A stretch of DNA of 64,000 nt from assembly GCA_046563655.1 (NCBI GenBank), contig CM102289.1, positions 1,054,001 to 1,118,000 on the forward strand. Direction: 5' to 3'. The notes beneath the pieces are model-generated. The model ran no database searches. It was given only the letters and a program-made list of their open reading frames with translations, and was not told where the DNA came from. The translations under genes and the position numbers were made by a program. Below are positions 24,969-39,800 of the stretch, piece after piece (position 1 is the stretch's first letter; each line of letters begins with the position of its first letter). This DNA is from Yuukianura sp. NJ FZ-2021 (Eukaryota).

Positions 24969-26531
24969 TCAAGCCGGTACAATTTTAATTTTTGCTCCGC
25001 CGTATCTAAGGTTACATTGTGCATAGGTGGCATAGTTTAACATTTGGCCATCCATTATTTCTCTAGTTGCGTTAACAAAGTCAGCAAGGCCTTGTTCCTC
25101 CGGAAAAGCTTCAACTAATCGGCGCATAAGTATTTCAATATCAAAAACTAAATTTCGAGTTTGTTTCAGTGCCGTATTGAAAGCCTGCTCAAGTGAAGTC
25201 CCTTCTCGTACGATACTGCGCAGAATACAATTTTCATTGGTAGCTTCTTTCCTAATGTCCTTCTCAATTCCCATCAAGTCGTTCAGCATTCCAGCAAAGT
25301 CTGCTGCTGCCGTGTCCAAAAGTTTAAACAGAAGAGATTTCCTGATTTTCTTGGGAATTGGAACGTCGCAACGCAGCGCATGGACGGCATGCACGAGTGG
25401 AGCAAATCCGACATCGTAGATGCGAATGACCCTCTGCATGTCTTCTGACAATGGCATTGGATCGTGGAGCCGATAGCGTAGAGCTACAGAGCCTGCTCCG
25501 AGGTGACAATGCTTAATGACATACTTGAATCCGTCCGGCAGAACGCCATTTGGAAATTGTCTCCGAGCTTTTTTGATGAAATCAAGCAGCCATAACTTTA
25601 TGACTTCCGGAAGTGGCAGTAGGGCGGTTAGTTTTTGAAAAAAGGCTTCGTCTTGTTCTTCTGAACAGGAGCGGATAGTGTCCCATTCAGGACAAAAGTT
25701 GTCAATGATCATGCGCGTCGTTGCGGAAGGATCGCTTTCCAAGTTTTCCAAGTCCTCTGTGTAGTCATCTATGACGAGAGACATCACAGTCATGGCAATG
25801 GCCGTTTCAAATTCAGGGGACGCCACGTCAACATGCGGAACAGAAAATGTGGCAACAAAGATGCCACCTAACATGCTTTTGTACAGATCCGCTTCGTCCT
25901 TGTCTTCCAGAATTGGACGGAACTTGTCAATGTTCTCATTCAGAATCTTAGTTTGCTCTTCTTTGGTCAGCTCATAGTAGTTAGAAATTGGCATAGATCT
26001 GAAATGTTCATGCCATTTCATCGAATGAATTATCACGAAGTTAATCACCAAGACTGAATGTCTCCGAAACGAATTGCAATGAAAGTTGAATTACCACGAA
26101 ACGAATTACAACGAAAGTTGAATTACCACGTATGTTGTACTACCACAAAACCCCAACAATGGCCTGCTTTATGAAACCTATCGTCCCGTTTTCGGCGTAG
26201 TAACCCATGCTACGTTAGCGGGATATCATGGACTTTCGTAGTAATTCACTTCGTAATAACTCTTTCGATGAAATGACGTGCTCTCGCATAAAGTGCATAG
26301 CATAGATATCAAAATTAACCAATTAATTGAATTTCCTTTCTTTCTAATTAATGTAACCGATCATGAAACTTACTCTTGTGTATGAAGAAGTGGAATTTCT
26401 CCACGGAGTTGTTCACATTTCCCATAGATTGGATGATCAATAGAACCAAAATCAAAAATTAATTTTAATTTTCCTGGCGGACTTTCTGTAATACCCGTGA
26501 GGCGGTAAGCTCCATCTTCAAGTGAAACCAT
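24969..26531 (-). CDS. Microbial-type class I terpene synthase TPS1 (395 aa, 2 exons)
   Basis: Exons 26374-26531 and 24969-25998 (1188 nt). Motifs DDYTE, IRIYDVG (effector Arg), NDLMGIEKD (NSE/DTE-like) and C-terminal RY. Confidence 0.85.
26009..26280. mobile_element. MITE-like insertion in TPS1 intron
   Basis: CATGCCATTTCATCGAATGAATTATCACGAAGT is mirrored by ACTTCGTAATAACTCTTTCGATGAAATGACGTG. Absent from the 74-nt TPS2 intron. Confidence 0.6.
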
Positions 26532-27292
26532 TTTTATGCCAATTTTTAACACCAAATTTTAGGGGACTGGAAAGCAACAACTGAAGTAGAGAACAAAAGT
26601 TGTTCCAATATTTATTCATTTGGGGAGCAGGAAAAATGTTTCAAGGTCTTCCGTCATCAACTGGGTTTTTTGAATCCTTAAAACTTAAAAAAACTTGCTT
26701 TAAAACCAGTTTTTTTATACATGTATTCTCAAAAGATATACTGAGAGTTTTACTGAAGAGTTTTCCAGAGGAACACAATTAAAATCAAAAACTTCCTCAA
26801 TTAATATATTAAAAATAATGTTGTAAAAATAATAAATTAAAAATCATACATTTTGTTAATTTCAAAGCCATGAGAGAAAAATGTATGCCAAGGGCTTTGC
26901 ATCCAAATTTGTCATTGAAAGTCCAAAAAATCATGAATTTTTTTGTCAAGATTATATTTGGATGTGAATTTTGCACAATTCCAAAATCCAATTTTTCAAC
27001 AATTTTCAATTTGAAGGTTACACCTCTAAATTTTAAATTACCTTTCAAACCAATCATTATGTAGCGTTCATCATTTATTATGCTTTATTATTATTGCATA
27101 CTATAATATATTAATATGGAATATATATACAATCTCACTTATCATATATAACAATTTTCTCGAAAACCGTTAAAGATTTACCGAAACAAATAAAGTAGAG
27201 AAATCTTCCATTCGAGCATCAAAAACTACTTTTAAAGCAAACATTTTTTTATTTTGGAATCTGGTTTATATTAAATTTCTTTTTTGTAAATT

Positions 27293-28554
27293 TCAAGCCG
27301 ATACAATTTCAAGTTTTGCATTGCCGTATCTGTATTGAAGTCGTGCAGCAATGACATAACCTAACAATTGTCCATCAATTATTTCTTTCGTTGCTTTAAT
27401 AAATTCAGCAAGACCTTGTTCCTCCGGAAAAGCTTCAACTAATCTTCGCATCAGAATTTGAATATCAGAAACTAAATTTTGAATTCTCTTCAATGCTGTA
27501 TTAAACGCATGCTCAAGTGAAACCCCTTCTCGTACCACACTTCGCAAAATGCAGTTTTCATTTGTAGCTTCCTTCACAATGTCCTTCTCAATTCCAAGTA
27601 AGTCGTTCACAATTCCAGCAAAATCCATGGATGCCGTGTCCAAAAGTTTAAACAAAAGCGATTTCCTGATTTTTTTGGGAATTGGATTCCCATCTTGTAC
27701 TGCATGAATTGCATGCACAACTGGACCAAATCCTGCGTCGTAGCCTCGAATCACTTTTTGCATATCTTCTGACAATGGCATTGTATCGGTCTCTTTGTAG
27801 CGTAGAGCCATCGACTGCAGACTGAGTTTACAGTGGTTTAGCGTATACTTTAAACCGTCCGGTAGAATGCCATTGGGAAAATGTTGGCGCATTTTTTTCA
27901 AAAAGTTCATCATGTAGGATTTCATGGCGTCAGGTAGCGGGACAAAGGAGTTCATCTTCTCCGTAAAACTTTCATCGTTTCCATCTGAACCGTGTTTGAA
28001 TTTGGCCCAATCCACATCACATTGGTCAATGAACATGCGAGAGGCTGTGCTGGGGTCGCTTAGCAACGCTTCCATGTCATCTCCTATGTCATCCAGTGGT
28101 AGACCAAGAGCAGACATTGCAATGCCCGCTTCGAACATATCAGAGAAACAGTCTGCCCGTGGAATAGATACGCTCGTGTACAAAATGGCAAAACGAGTAA
28201 CTTTGTACAGTTCCTCCTCATCTAGAGTTTCTAAAACGGGACGGAATTGTGTAATGCTTTCATTAAGAATCTTAGTTTGTTGTTCTTCGGTCAACTCAAA
28301 GTAGTTTGAAATTGGCAAAGATCTGAAAAAAATATAACATAGCATGCATAACAGTGCATAATTGAAAATTGGAATGTATTGAACAATGCAACTTACTCTT
28401 TTTTATGAAGAAGTGGAATTTCTCCACACATTTTATCACATTTTCCGTAGACTGGATGATCAACAGAACCCAAATCAAAAGTAAATTTCAAATTTCCTGC
28501 TGGATTTTCTGTAATGCTGGTGAGACAGTATGCTCCATTTTCAAGTGAAACCAT
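27293..28554 (-). CDS. Microbial-type class I terpene synthase TPS2 (395 aa, 2 exons)
   Basis: Exons 28397-28554 and 27293-28322. Motifs DDIGD, IRGYDAG, NDLLGIEKD, RY. Same intron position and phase as TPS1. Confidence 0.85.
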
Positions 28555-29398
28555 TTTTTTAAATTTTGTGCAAAATTTTAGCGTTAGGAGTACTGGAAAA
28601 CAACGACTGCCTACGTAGCTGGAAGTTGTGTTAATATTTATTAATTCCTGTGAACAGGAAAAGGCTTTGGGTTTTTTCGAATCTAAAAACTTGCTCCAAA
28701 GAACCAGTTTTTTTTTCCGCGGTGAGAAAAAATGTTGCAAAATAGCAAGACAGAACCAGAAATATATAACTTCATGAAAACTAAAAATCCAATCTTAAAA
28801 ACAGTTTGGATGGCCGTTTTTTCTAGTTTGTTTTTGTAGAAAACAGAAATCCCAAATTCAAAGTGAACAAAATAACTGTGTGATGGGAACATTCTTGAAG
28901 TTTTTAAAAAAAAATGTATGGATAAAATTTAAATTTCTAAATAAAATGTCTATTAAAATGAAAACGTCGACGTTCACTTGATTTTATTAAAATCATCTGT
29001 GAATTTAACAATCAACTTTTGGTTTTCCAAAAATTGGTGTTTTTTTTTTTTTTTGAAAAACATGATGAAACATACAACCTTTTTGTTATTTTGCTTGCTT
29101 TAGACCAATCATAAGACTTGTTCAAATACCGATTAGATTCAGTACACAAACACTTCTCCCAAAGACGGCATGACATATCATTTACGTTTTTTTTTATAAA
29201 ATGTTTAATGTTTGTCAAATTTCAACACTCCAAATTTAATCTACCCAGCACAGCAACTATGGTTATGGTGGCCAAAAGCACGTAACTTTAGGAACTGAAA
29301 ATCAAAGCTTAACGTTTGGTAGAAGCAAGAGTTTTTAGTTTTAACTTTTTGTTAAAAATTTTGTCAGATTTTTGTTTAGAAATTGGGGATTTGCAAAA

Positions 29399-30896
29399 AT
29401 GTCAGAAAAATTAAAGTTTTTGTTTGTCCCGGTTGACGGAGTTGGTCATTTCAATGCTTGTTTTGGCATAGCTTCGGTTTTGAGAGATCGAGGTCACTCG
29501 GTGACCTTTGCAGCTTCAGAAATATGGAGAGGGAAGTTGAAAGCAATGGGATACGATGAAGAACTGTACAAAACGTCTGACGAATCGGCTGAATCGGAAG
29601 AACAAGCTGGAAAAAGGTGGGGTGAAATGATTGCCAAAGTGGCGCCAGCACTTGCAGGTCCAGTAATTGAGTTGCACAAAAAATTTTACTTAAAAATGTG
29701 GGAAGAAATTTTCATCACAGGGAAGTACATTCATGCGCAACTCAAACAAATTGTGGAACGCGTCAAACCAGATGCTATGATTTTGGACATATTTTCTCAC
29801 TGTCCAGCACTCATGGAGTCAGGTAAACACAAAAGTTACAAACTTTTGCATAAAAATACAAAATTACACAGTTGAAAAACAAAAATGTCGAAAAATTTCT
29901 ACTACTTTTAAAATTTCTTAATTTCGTGTAGGAATTCCTTGGATTTCTTCAATTTCTGTGACGCCACTAGGACTTTCGAGAGACAATGTTCCACCGGCGT
30001 ACGCCGGATTTCCAACGGAGGGAAATTCGGAAGAATGGAAAAATTTCGAATCCGAAGTTTCAAAAATTCATAGAAATTTGGAAAACAACTACAACCAATG
30101 GCTGCGTGATGTAGGCAGTAACGAAGAAGTTCAAGTGGAATTTCCGTATATGATGCAACATTCCCCTTATGCCAACATATACATGTATCCACTTGAATTG
30201 GACTACACAGCTTACCGACAACTTCCATCCACTTTTCATCGGTTTGACGCTTTTGTGCGAAAGTCAACCGAAACTTTTGAAGTTCCCGCCAAAATTCAAA
30301 ATGGACCAGGAAAACTGATTTACTTTTCAATGGGAACTTTGGGCTCAATGGAAATGGGAGTAATGAGGAAACTCATTTCAATTTTATCAAACTCTCCAAA
30401 CAGATTCATTGTCTCCAAAGGTAAAATTTCAAAATTTGTACAAAAAAGAAAATTAAAAATTCCAGTTTTTGGTTTAATTTTAGGACCAGCAGGAGATGAC
30501 CTTGACCTTGCAGAAAATATGTGGGGAGAGAACAACGTTCCGCAGTTAGCCATCATTCCGATTGTTGACCTCGTGATTACTCATGGCGGAAACAACACAA
30601 TTACGGAATCCTTTTACTTTGGAAAACGCGTTTTAGTTCTGCCTTTGTTGTTTGACCAACCAGATAATGCTCAACGAATTTTTGAAACTGGACTTGGCCT
30701 GCAATTCAATCCATACAAAGTTTCTGAGCAAGAACTGCTGGTTGCCATAGAAACGCTGCTGGGAGATGATCTGCTCCAACGCAGAATGAAATCCATCTCG
30801 CAAAGAATCCAATCCTCCAACAGCCAATCAAAAGCGGCTGATCTTGTAGAAGAAGTTGCAAGAAAACATAAACAATTTAAAAATTGTTTAAAGTAA
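29399..30896 (+). CDS. Soluble GT1 UDP-glycosyltransferase UGT1 (441 aa, 3 exons)
   Basis: Exons 29399-29822, 29932-30420 and 30484-30896. GVGHFN catalytic His, IYFSMGTLGS, signature VPQLAII..ITHGGNNTITES..PLLFDQ. No signal peptide or TM anchor. Confidence 0.9.
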
Positions 30897-31479
30897 CTAA
30901 AATCTTTTTCAAAGTGGTACTGCTAACACTTTGAACTACTGCACTTGTAGTGAACAGTTGGACTTTTAGCGTTAAAATAAAAGAACAACTTTACTACGGA
31001 AGGTTATTGACTTTTGCAGTAAGAAATTAAACTTTTATTTCAAAGTTAATGTGAAAGGGGGTTGTTGACCTCCGTAGTGCTGAAATTTACCCAGAATATG
31101 TTTTTCAAAACCGAAACTGTAAATTCGAAACTATTTAGTTCTAAAACCAAATCATTATGTCAAGATAATGAAGGTCAAGTGTAATTGTTTTCAAAATTAC
31201 TCTCTAAATGTTGTTGATTATAAAGAAATTAGATTTTAATTACTTTTAGAAACTTCGTACACGCCTGTCCCATAATTTTTTTTTCTTGAAACCTTCTCTT
31301 CTAAATAAAAAGCTTGAAAATTTTCATTCCACTTAAATTCGAAACAAAGTAGCAAGTTTGCAGCAAAAAAAAAAGAAAAGGCGGCTTTTGACTTCTTTTA
31401 GGCAGGAGATCCCGAATTTTTTTTTTAAATTTCTTGACAACTTCATAACTTTTCTTTTCAGAAATTGTGTTGTTGCAAA

Positions 31480-32946
31480 ATGTCAGCAAAGTTGAACATT
31501 TTGTTTGTGCCGATTGACTCAGTAGGTCACTTCAATGCGTGTTTTGGCTTGGCGTCGGTTTTGCGAGATCGAGGTCACGTGGTGACCTTTGCAGCTCAGC
31601 CGACATGGCGAGGCAAGTTGAAAGCCATGGGCTACATAGAAGAATTGTACACAGTGACTGACGAATCGCCTGAATTGGATGAACCAGCGGGAAAAAAGTG
31701 GGGTGACATGATTGCACAAGCAGCGCCAGCACTGGAACTTTCTTTGATTGAATTACACAAACAATTTTATGTTAAACTGTTTGAAGAAATTCACGTTCGC
31801 GGGAAATACAGTCACAATCAAGTCAAGGAAATTGTGGAACGCGTGAATCCAGACGTTATTATTGTGGACATGTTCCACCATATTCCAGCACTTATGGAAA
31901 GTGGTAATCAAAAACAAAGTTTAAGAATTTTCAAAATTTTGAAAAAATACTCCACATAACTTTCAAATTTTTTGAATATTTTTATTCTTGTAGCAATCCC
32001 TTGGATTTCTTCAATTTCAATAACACCACTAGCAATTTCCAGAGACAATGTTCCGCCACCGTATACCGGATTTCCAACGGAGGGGAATTTGGAAGAATGG
32101 AAAAATTTTGAAACTGAACTCAACAAAATTTATAAAAATTTGGAAACCAAACACAACCAATGGTTGCGTGATGTAGGCAGTACCGAAGTAGTTCAAATGA
32201 AATTTCCGTATATGATGCAGCATTCCCCTTATGCCAACATGTACATGTACCCACTTGAATTGGACTACACAGCTTACCGACAACTTCCAAACACTTTTCA
32301 TCGGTTTGATGCTTTTGTGCGAAAGTCAACAGAAACTTTTGAAGTTCCCGCCAAAATTCAAAATGGACCAGGAAAATTGATTTACTTTTCAATGGGAACT
32401 TTGGGCTCGATGGAAATGGGAGTAATGAGGAAACTGATTTCAATTTTATCCAAATCTCCAAACCGATTTATTGTCTCCAAAGGTAGAATTTTCAAATTTG
32501 GTTCAAAAAAAAATCAAAAATTTAAGTTTTTTTTTGTAATTGCAGGACCAGCAGGAGATGACCTTGACCTTGCAGAAAATATGTGGGGAGAGAACAACGT
32601 TCCGCAGTTGGCGATCATCCCAATTGTTGATCTCGTGATTACGCATGGCGGAAACAACACAATTACGGAATCCTTTTACTTTGGAAAACGCGTTTTAGTT
32701 CTGCCTTTGTTATTTGACCAACCAGATAATGCTCAACGAATTTTTGAAACTGGACTTGGCCTCCAATTCAATCCATACAAAGTTTCTGAACAAGAACTGC
32801 TGGTTGCCATAGAAACGCTACTTGCAGATGATCTGCTCCAACGCAGAATGAAATCCATCTCGCAAAGAATCCAATCGTCCAACAGCCAATCAAAAGCGGC
32901 TAATCTTGTTGAAGAAGTAGCAAGAAAAAATGTAAAGAAAATTTAA
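31480..32946 (+). CDS. Soluble UDP-glycosyltransferase UGT2 (437 aa, 3 exons)
   Basis: Exons 31480-31903, 31994-32482 and 32546-32946; same motifs, FDQ. Confidence 0.9.
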
Positions 32947-33870
32947 GTGACGATAGAGATCTACGAGAAAAATTTTAGTTGAAACCAAAAATCAAATTAG
33001 GAATTTCTTGTAGAAAACCGAAATCCCAAATTCAAAGTGAACAAGATAACTCTGTGATGGGAACGTTCTTGAAGTTTGAAAAAAATTGTGGGTAAAATTG
33101 CTAAATAAAATATCTATTAAAATGAAAACGCCGATGTTCAGTTCACTCGTTTTTATCAAACTGTTCCGTAAAAACAATCAACTTTTGGTTCTCAGAATAG
33201 AAAAAATGTTTTTTTTTAAACATGATGAAACACGAAAATTTTTTGTTCTTTTGTTTGATTTAGAACAATCATATGACTTGTTCAAATACAGATTAGATTC
33301 AGTACTCAACCACTTCTCTACAAAACGGCATAGCATATCATATACGTTCTTTAATGCTGTCTAATATTTGTCAAATTTCAACACTCAAAATTTAATCCAT
33401 TCAGCACAGCAGCTATGGTTGTCAAAAGCAAGTAACTTCAGGAATTGAAAATCAACGTTCATTTTGTGGTTGTAACTCGAGTTGTTAGTTTTAACTTTTG
33501 GTTAAAAGTTTTGTGAGAGTTTCGTTTAGAAATTGAAAATTTGCAAAATGTCCGACAAATTAAAGTTTTTGTTTGTCCCGGTTGACGGAGTTGGTCATTT
33601 CAATGCCTGTTTTGGCATAGCTTCGGTTTTGAGAGACCGAGGTCACTCGGTGACCTTTGCAGCTCCAGAAATATGGAGAGGGAAGTTGAAAGCAATGGGA
33701 TACATTGAAGAATTGTACAAAACCTCTGATGAATCGGCTGATTCGGATGAACAAGCTGGAAAAACGTGGGGCGAAATGATTGCTCAAGCGGCGCCAGTAT
33801 TTGAACTTCCAGCGATTGAGGTGCACAAACAGTTTTACGTTAAAATGTCTCAAGAAATTGTCATCACAGG

Positions 33871-36800
33871 TGTAAAAACAATGAGGACTCAATACCTACC
33901 CGGTACTGACTTCCTCCTATTTGGAATACTTGAACGATCTTTTAAGTGTACAAAACTTTATTCCGAATTCAAATTAATCAAATCAAAATCCCAATTAGTA
34001 AAAAAGAGCCAATTTTAGAAGTAAGAGTATGCTCTACCTTATAAGAGAGACAAAAGGGAACTGTCTTTTCAAAAATGGCTACTTGATGATTTCATAACAA
34101 AAAAAAAACTTATACTTATTTTTAGAACTTTTTAAACTCAAAACCCAAACAAAAGTTCCCGCCCTTCTTATCCATAACGCATAGTCACAACCCTTACACA
34201 AATAATAATTTTAACACATTTTAACTTATTTCAACCTATTTTAACATATTTTAACCTAGTTTTAACATACTCCACCTTCGATTGACGGAGTCAATTGAAC
34301 TGTTAAAAGTATTCAAAAGGAAAATTAAATATAAGAGGAAACAATACAATCATGAAATACAACTTAACTAATCAAACAGATACGAACCTTACGGGCTTCT
34401 TAACATTACGACCGCTCCTTGTCTTCACAATTTCTGATTCTGAAACTTCTTCCATTTCTTCCGGTTTATATTCTTCCGTAATCACGGTCCGCTTGTGCTT
34501 CTTTGTGGAAGTGGATGCATCCACTCCATTCGTTGTCACCGGAAAGATGACTTCTCCAGGCGCCAATTCCAGTGGGTACAAGCGTTGTATTGGGCGAGTT
34601 AGCTCTCCGCTCTCCGTTTTGACCTTGGCAACTCGATTTACTCCATCAAGTCCTGGATAGAGTTCCAAAATTCGCCCCATTGGCCAAAGTACACGCTTGA
34701 CGTCTTCACGACCGATCAAAACCAAATCACCGATTTCCAGTGGTTTTGACTTCTGCTCGTTTCCTCGTTGAATCAAAAGTCCCAAGTACTCGCTCCGAAA
34801 CCGATCCTTCAGCTCGTCTAAAAGAACACTCAAATTCTTTCGTTTAATACCCAATTTAGAAGCGGTGAGTACCTCGATCTCCGGTAAACTGGTCACCGGT
34901 AAGTCGTACAAAAACATCGAAGGAGTTAACGGAACGAAGTCGTTTGAGTCTTCGGTCACGAATGTAAGTGGACGATGATTGAGTGACCATTCCACTTGGC
35001 AAAGGCACGTCTCCAGATCCTGGTATGTCAGCTTTGCGTGTCCACACATCCGTTTCAGCAAATCTTTCATACTCCTGATGATCCTTTCCCACCACCCACC
35101 CCACCAGGGTGCTGATGGCGGGTTGAAACGCCAGGAGATCCTCTGTTGTTTTGTTTTCTTCTGGACTTCATCCCAGTCAATCAACTTGAAAAGATTAGCA
35201 GCTCCAACAAAGTTTGTCCCGTTGTCGCTGTAGACAATGGACGGACGTGTCTTCCGCATCGAAAATCTTGTGAAGGCAAGTAGGAATTCTACCGTAGATA
35301 TGGCTGGAACCAATTCGATGTGGACACATCTGTAAACCGCACAGGAAAATATTGTTATCCACACCTTTGAATTGTTCTTTAGCACCAATGGTCCGGCCAA
35401 ATCCACGCCAGTCACGTGAAATGCTGTGACATTCTTCACTCTATTTTCTGGTAATGCTGGTGTCGGTTCAATTTTCTTCGTCGATGTGAAGCGCTGGCAG
35501 ATGAAGCATGAGCGTATAACTTTCTTCACTGCCAGACGTCCCTTCACAATCCACACTTTTTCACGCAGCAGTCCCATCATGATCTGTGCTCCACCGTGAC
35601 AATTGAAAACATGTTCCTCTCGAATTAGCTGGGTTGTGATAGGATGACCATTCGGCAGTAGCACTGGAGTTTTAAATCCCACTGAGTCCTGTCGATTTGT
35701 CAATTTCGTTTTCACCCTAATCAGTCCGTATTCGTCTCTGCAGACTCGAAGCCCAGCAATCATGTTGTCACCAGTGTTGAAAGATTCTTGTTGAACCAGT
35801 AGAGACAACTTCCGTTCTGCAGTATCGATTTCCTCCACCGTCAAAGTTATGGAGTCTTCTCTTCTTTTCGTCTTCAGTGCCTTCAGAAATCGAAGGACAA
35901 ATGCCAAGATGCGAACGTTCACACTGTAACTGTTTTTGACCAAGTACCACAGCTTATCTGTGGAACAAAAAAGAGAAGTTATAAGACCTTTACGTCTTTC
36001 TGAATTAACCAGATCAGGGTCCGAATTAAATTTCTGTTCTGGCCAATCTATTTTCCCCAGTTTTAACCAACTAGGCCCCTCCCACCACTTCAGCGACAGG
36101 AATTTCCGAGGTGTAACCCCTCGAGACGGCAAGTCGGCCGGGTTTAAGTGTCCGGGAACAAACTTCCACTGTTCAACTGTGGTCAGGGATAGGATCTCAC
36201 GGACGCGATTTCCCACAAACGTGCCCCACTCGTCGTTCTTCTTAACCCATGACAGGGCCGTTGTAGAGTCAGTCCAGAACCACGTAGGCACATCTTCCAT
36301 GTCCAATGCTCTCTTAACACTTTTTGCCAATCTAGCACCAATTGAACAGCCTAAAAGTTCGAGTCGGGGAATGTTCACTTTCTTGACTGGGGCCACTCGT
36401 GATTTAGCTTGAATCAATTGAACTTCCACTCTGTCATCAATTTCGGTTCGTAAGAAGATAACAGTGGCGTAAGCACTTCCACTTGCGTCCGAAAACACAT
36501 GTAGTTGAAACTGACTTTGTCCATTCGCTTCTCCAAAGGTACATCGTCTCGGTACACTGAAATTCAGAAACATGTCACTCAGTTCACTATGCCACAAACG
36601 AAATTCCTCAACTAATTCACTTGGAAGTGGCTCATCCCACTTGCGATTCTCACTCCAGGCCTTTTGAATTAACAATTTTGGTACAAGTACCACTGGAGCC
36701 AATAATCCAAGCGGGTCAAACACTTGATGGACGAATGACAACACGACTCTTTTTGAAATCTTTTCTGGAAGTGGATCTGAAATGGAATCAACACATAAAG

Positions 36801-39800
36801 TATCTTCCCCCTTATTCCATTTCAGTCCTAGAACACTTGTCACTTCCCCCGTTTTGTCGCCAGTACACTCCCATTGTCTGAGGTCCATTCCAGCCAATTT
36901 CAAGATGTCGATGGCTTCTTGTTTGAAAATTTCAAACTCTTCGGGCGTATCGACAGACAGAACGCAGTTGTCCACGTAAATGGAGCTCTTCAGCTTTTCG
37001 ATTGTTTCCGGAAACTGCGTTTCTAACTTGTGAAAATGAAAACTGAGAATTGCGCCAAGGAGAAAGGGGCTACAGTTCATCCCGAACACTACACGGTTAT
37101 GTCGATAGATGGTCATCTTCTTGTCTTCTAGATTTTCCCACCACAAGAAGCGAAGAAAATCTCTGTCATCTTCATTGACCTCTATCATCTGGAAAGCCTT
37201 CCTGATGTCTGAGATTACCCCAACTCTTCTCAATCTGAAACGTAACAAAAGTGATGGGATCAGTTCAAGTAGATTAGGTCCCTTTTCGAGGCAACCATTA
37301 AGTGACGGCGCTCTTCCCACTTTGCAGGAAGCGTCGAACACTGGCCGAATTGGTGTAGTCTTGCTCTCTGGCTTCAATACGGCACGATGAGGAAGATAGT
37401 GACAGTTTTCCATTTTTTCTGTCACACGGGAAATCAATCCTTCCTTCTCCCACTCCAAAAAGATAAGACTGTAATCTTCTACTTTACCGAGAGCCACCAA
37501 TTTTCTTGTGGTAGATTCAAGCCGCTGTTGAGCAACTTGCAGATTCGTTGGGATTAGTACTCCATCAGACACCCACGGTAGGCAGACTGAGTACATCCCT
37601 TCGTCACGTTGTTTGACTGTCTCAATAAAATGCTGCTGCGCTCTGGAGTCTTTTTCTTCCTGAGACATGGCTTCTGCAGGATCTGTAATGCCCAGAATGT
37701 CCAGTGACCACAAGTCACAAACACTAGCACTTTGCACAGTCATACAAATCGAAGTCATTGCCAAGTTCACTTCTTTGGGTTGTTCAAATTCCCCCATCAA
37801 AGTCCAACCAAGACGAGTTTCCGTTGCCAAGAGTCCATTCTTCAATCGCTGCAACTTCCCTGTCAACAGATTAGCTAAAAGATCAGCGCCGATTAGAAAT
37901 TCAATTTCTCTTGGATTATGCTCATCAAGGTCATTCACAAAAATTTTCAAACTTTTCAGTTCTTTCAACCAGGATCCTCTAGCGACACGAGGGAGGTTAC
38001 CACAAATAGTTACCTGGTCCATGACTCTCACTTCCATCACAAACGGACTACTTACACTCCGTAGATTGACGTCAAAAATTCCGTGTGGAGTGTTCGAAAC
38101 TTCGGTCCCACCAAAAAGTTGATGGTTCATCGTGAGGGTCTGAAATGGCAGCAACTTCAAGTCCTCAGCGGTTTTCTTGAGCATATAGCTCCGTTGTGAC
38201 CCACAATCCAGAAGGGCACGAACAGTCTTGCATTTCTTTGAAGTCGGATTCTCCAACTTCACCATTAAGGTTCGAAGTACCACTTCACTGGTACAATTTA
38301 AGTTCGACTGAGTCGTTGCCGAATCTTCCTTCTTCTGTTCTGCCTTTCCCATGTTCCGTGGATTAGTAGGGCACATCAAAGGTTCATGTCGCTTTCCGCA
38401 CAAGTTGCATTTGACATTCGACTTACAAGTTTTAGAAATGTGACCTGGCCGAAGACAAACAAAACAGGCACCTTTCTTCTTTAATTTTCCGTTGCGCTCC
38501 TCCATAGTCATCTTCTGCGCAGCGAAACAATTCTTGCTTGCATGGTCCTTGTCACAAAACACACACAAAGTCTTAGCAGAGCCACTAAATAGTCCAGCCG
38601 CGGTGAACGGATCATTTCCTTGCTCAGTTGACTTCGACTTCCGAGAATCCGACCTTCTGTCAGCTGAGTCGAATCCACTTTTGGCTAATTTTCTCTGCTC
38701 CTCGTTATCGATTTCATTTCTGAGAAATTCCATCAAGAAATCGAGTTCACTCTTCGGTGGGGTCAATTTAGAGCCGTCTTGTCCAAAACTGGAACTTCTC
38801 TGCCATGCCACCAGAATTTCTTCCGGTAGACTCGACTCTACCATTGGGAATAAGAAAATTCCCATCTGCTCCACCGTCACTCCAAGAGAGTCCAAAGATC
38901 GAATGTGAGATTCAAGTCGGTCGTAAAGTGTAGAAAGCGCCATCTTTTCTCTCGATTTCATCAGAATCATCGAGATCAATTCCCGAACATAAACTTGCTT
39001 GAGAAGTTTGGGCTTCCCGTACCGATTCTGTAGTGCAGACACAGCGTTTTGGTAATTGGCCTTCGATTGAGGATATCCCTTCACCAACTCTTCCGCTCGT
39101 GATCCTTTCTGCATTGACTGGATGAGGTACGTAAACTTGTCCGCCTCGTCCAGACCTTCGTCCGTATGGATTTTTTCGTACTGGGCCCACCAACCCAGCC
39201 ACTCCTTCAATTCACCCCCGAATTTCCGAAGTTCAATTTTTGGATATTTTGTAGTCGTTTTCCGTTGTGAATATGAAGAAGTGTCGAGACTGTCACTCCG
39301 AGTGCTGCGAGGAATCGATGGATGTAGTAAGTTCTGTACTCTGACTCTTATCTCACTCACTTTGAATTCGTAATCGTGACATGAGTTCATATCTTCCTCC
39401 AGCATCTCTTCAGTAAACTCGTCATCGTCGAACAACAGATTTCTGATGGCTTCGTCAACTTCACTCAGTTTGATCGACTGATTTTCAAGAACCGGCATCG
39501 TAGCTTCGATCTTCACTAAATCGCTGTCGGTTTTCTTTAGTTCAGCATCCAGTGCATTGACCCATTTCGTAACAGCAATTCGAAGCAGCTTCCGATTCTT
39601 CTTGAGTTGATCCATCCCTCAATCTGGTCTCGTCCGGTGAGACCAACCCACGACGTAAACAGGTGGTTAATCGTTGTCGGTTGAGTGGACTTCCTTCCGT
39701 CTCTCGTGGTATCCAACTCGCCAAAATCAAAGCAAAACGAACGGTTAGATTTCCACCAATCTCACGGTAATTGGAACGGTAATCACCTGATTCAGCCCTT

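Noticed and set aside
33871..34018. UGT3-LTR fusion ORF (and the 40012-40251 ORF)
   Set aside because: Incidental read-through into LTR sequence; the donor-binding domain is missing.
34352..39373. Plus-strand ORFs antisense to gag-pol (and similar antisense ORFs over the TPS/UGT genes)
   Set aside because: Shadow ORFs of real coding sequence with no independent motifs.
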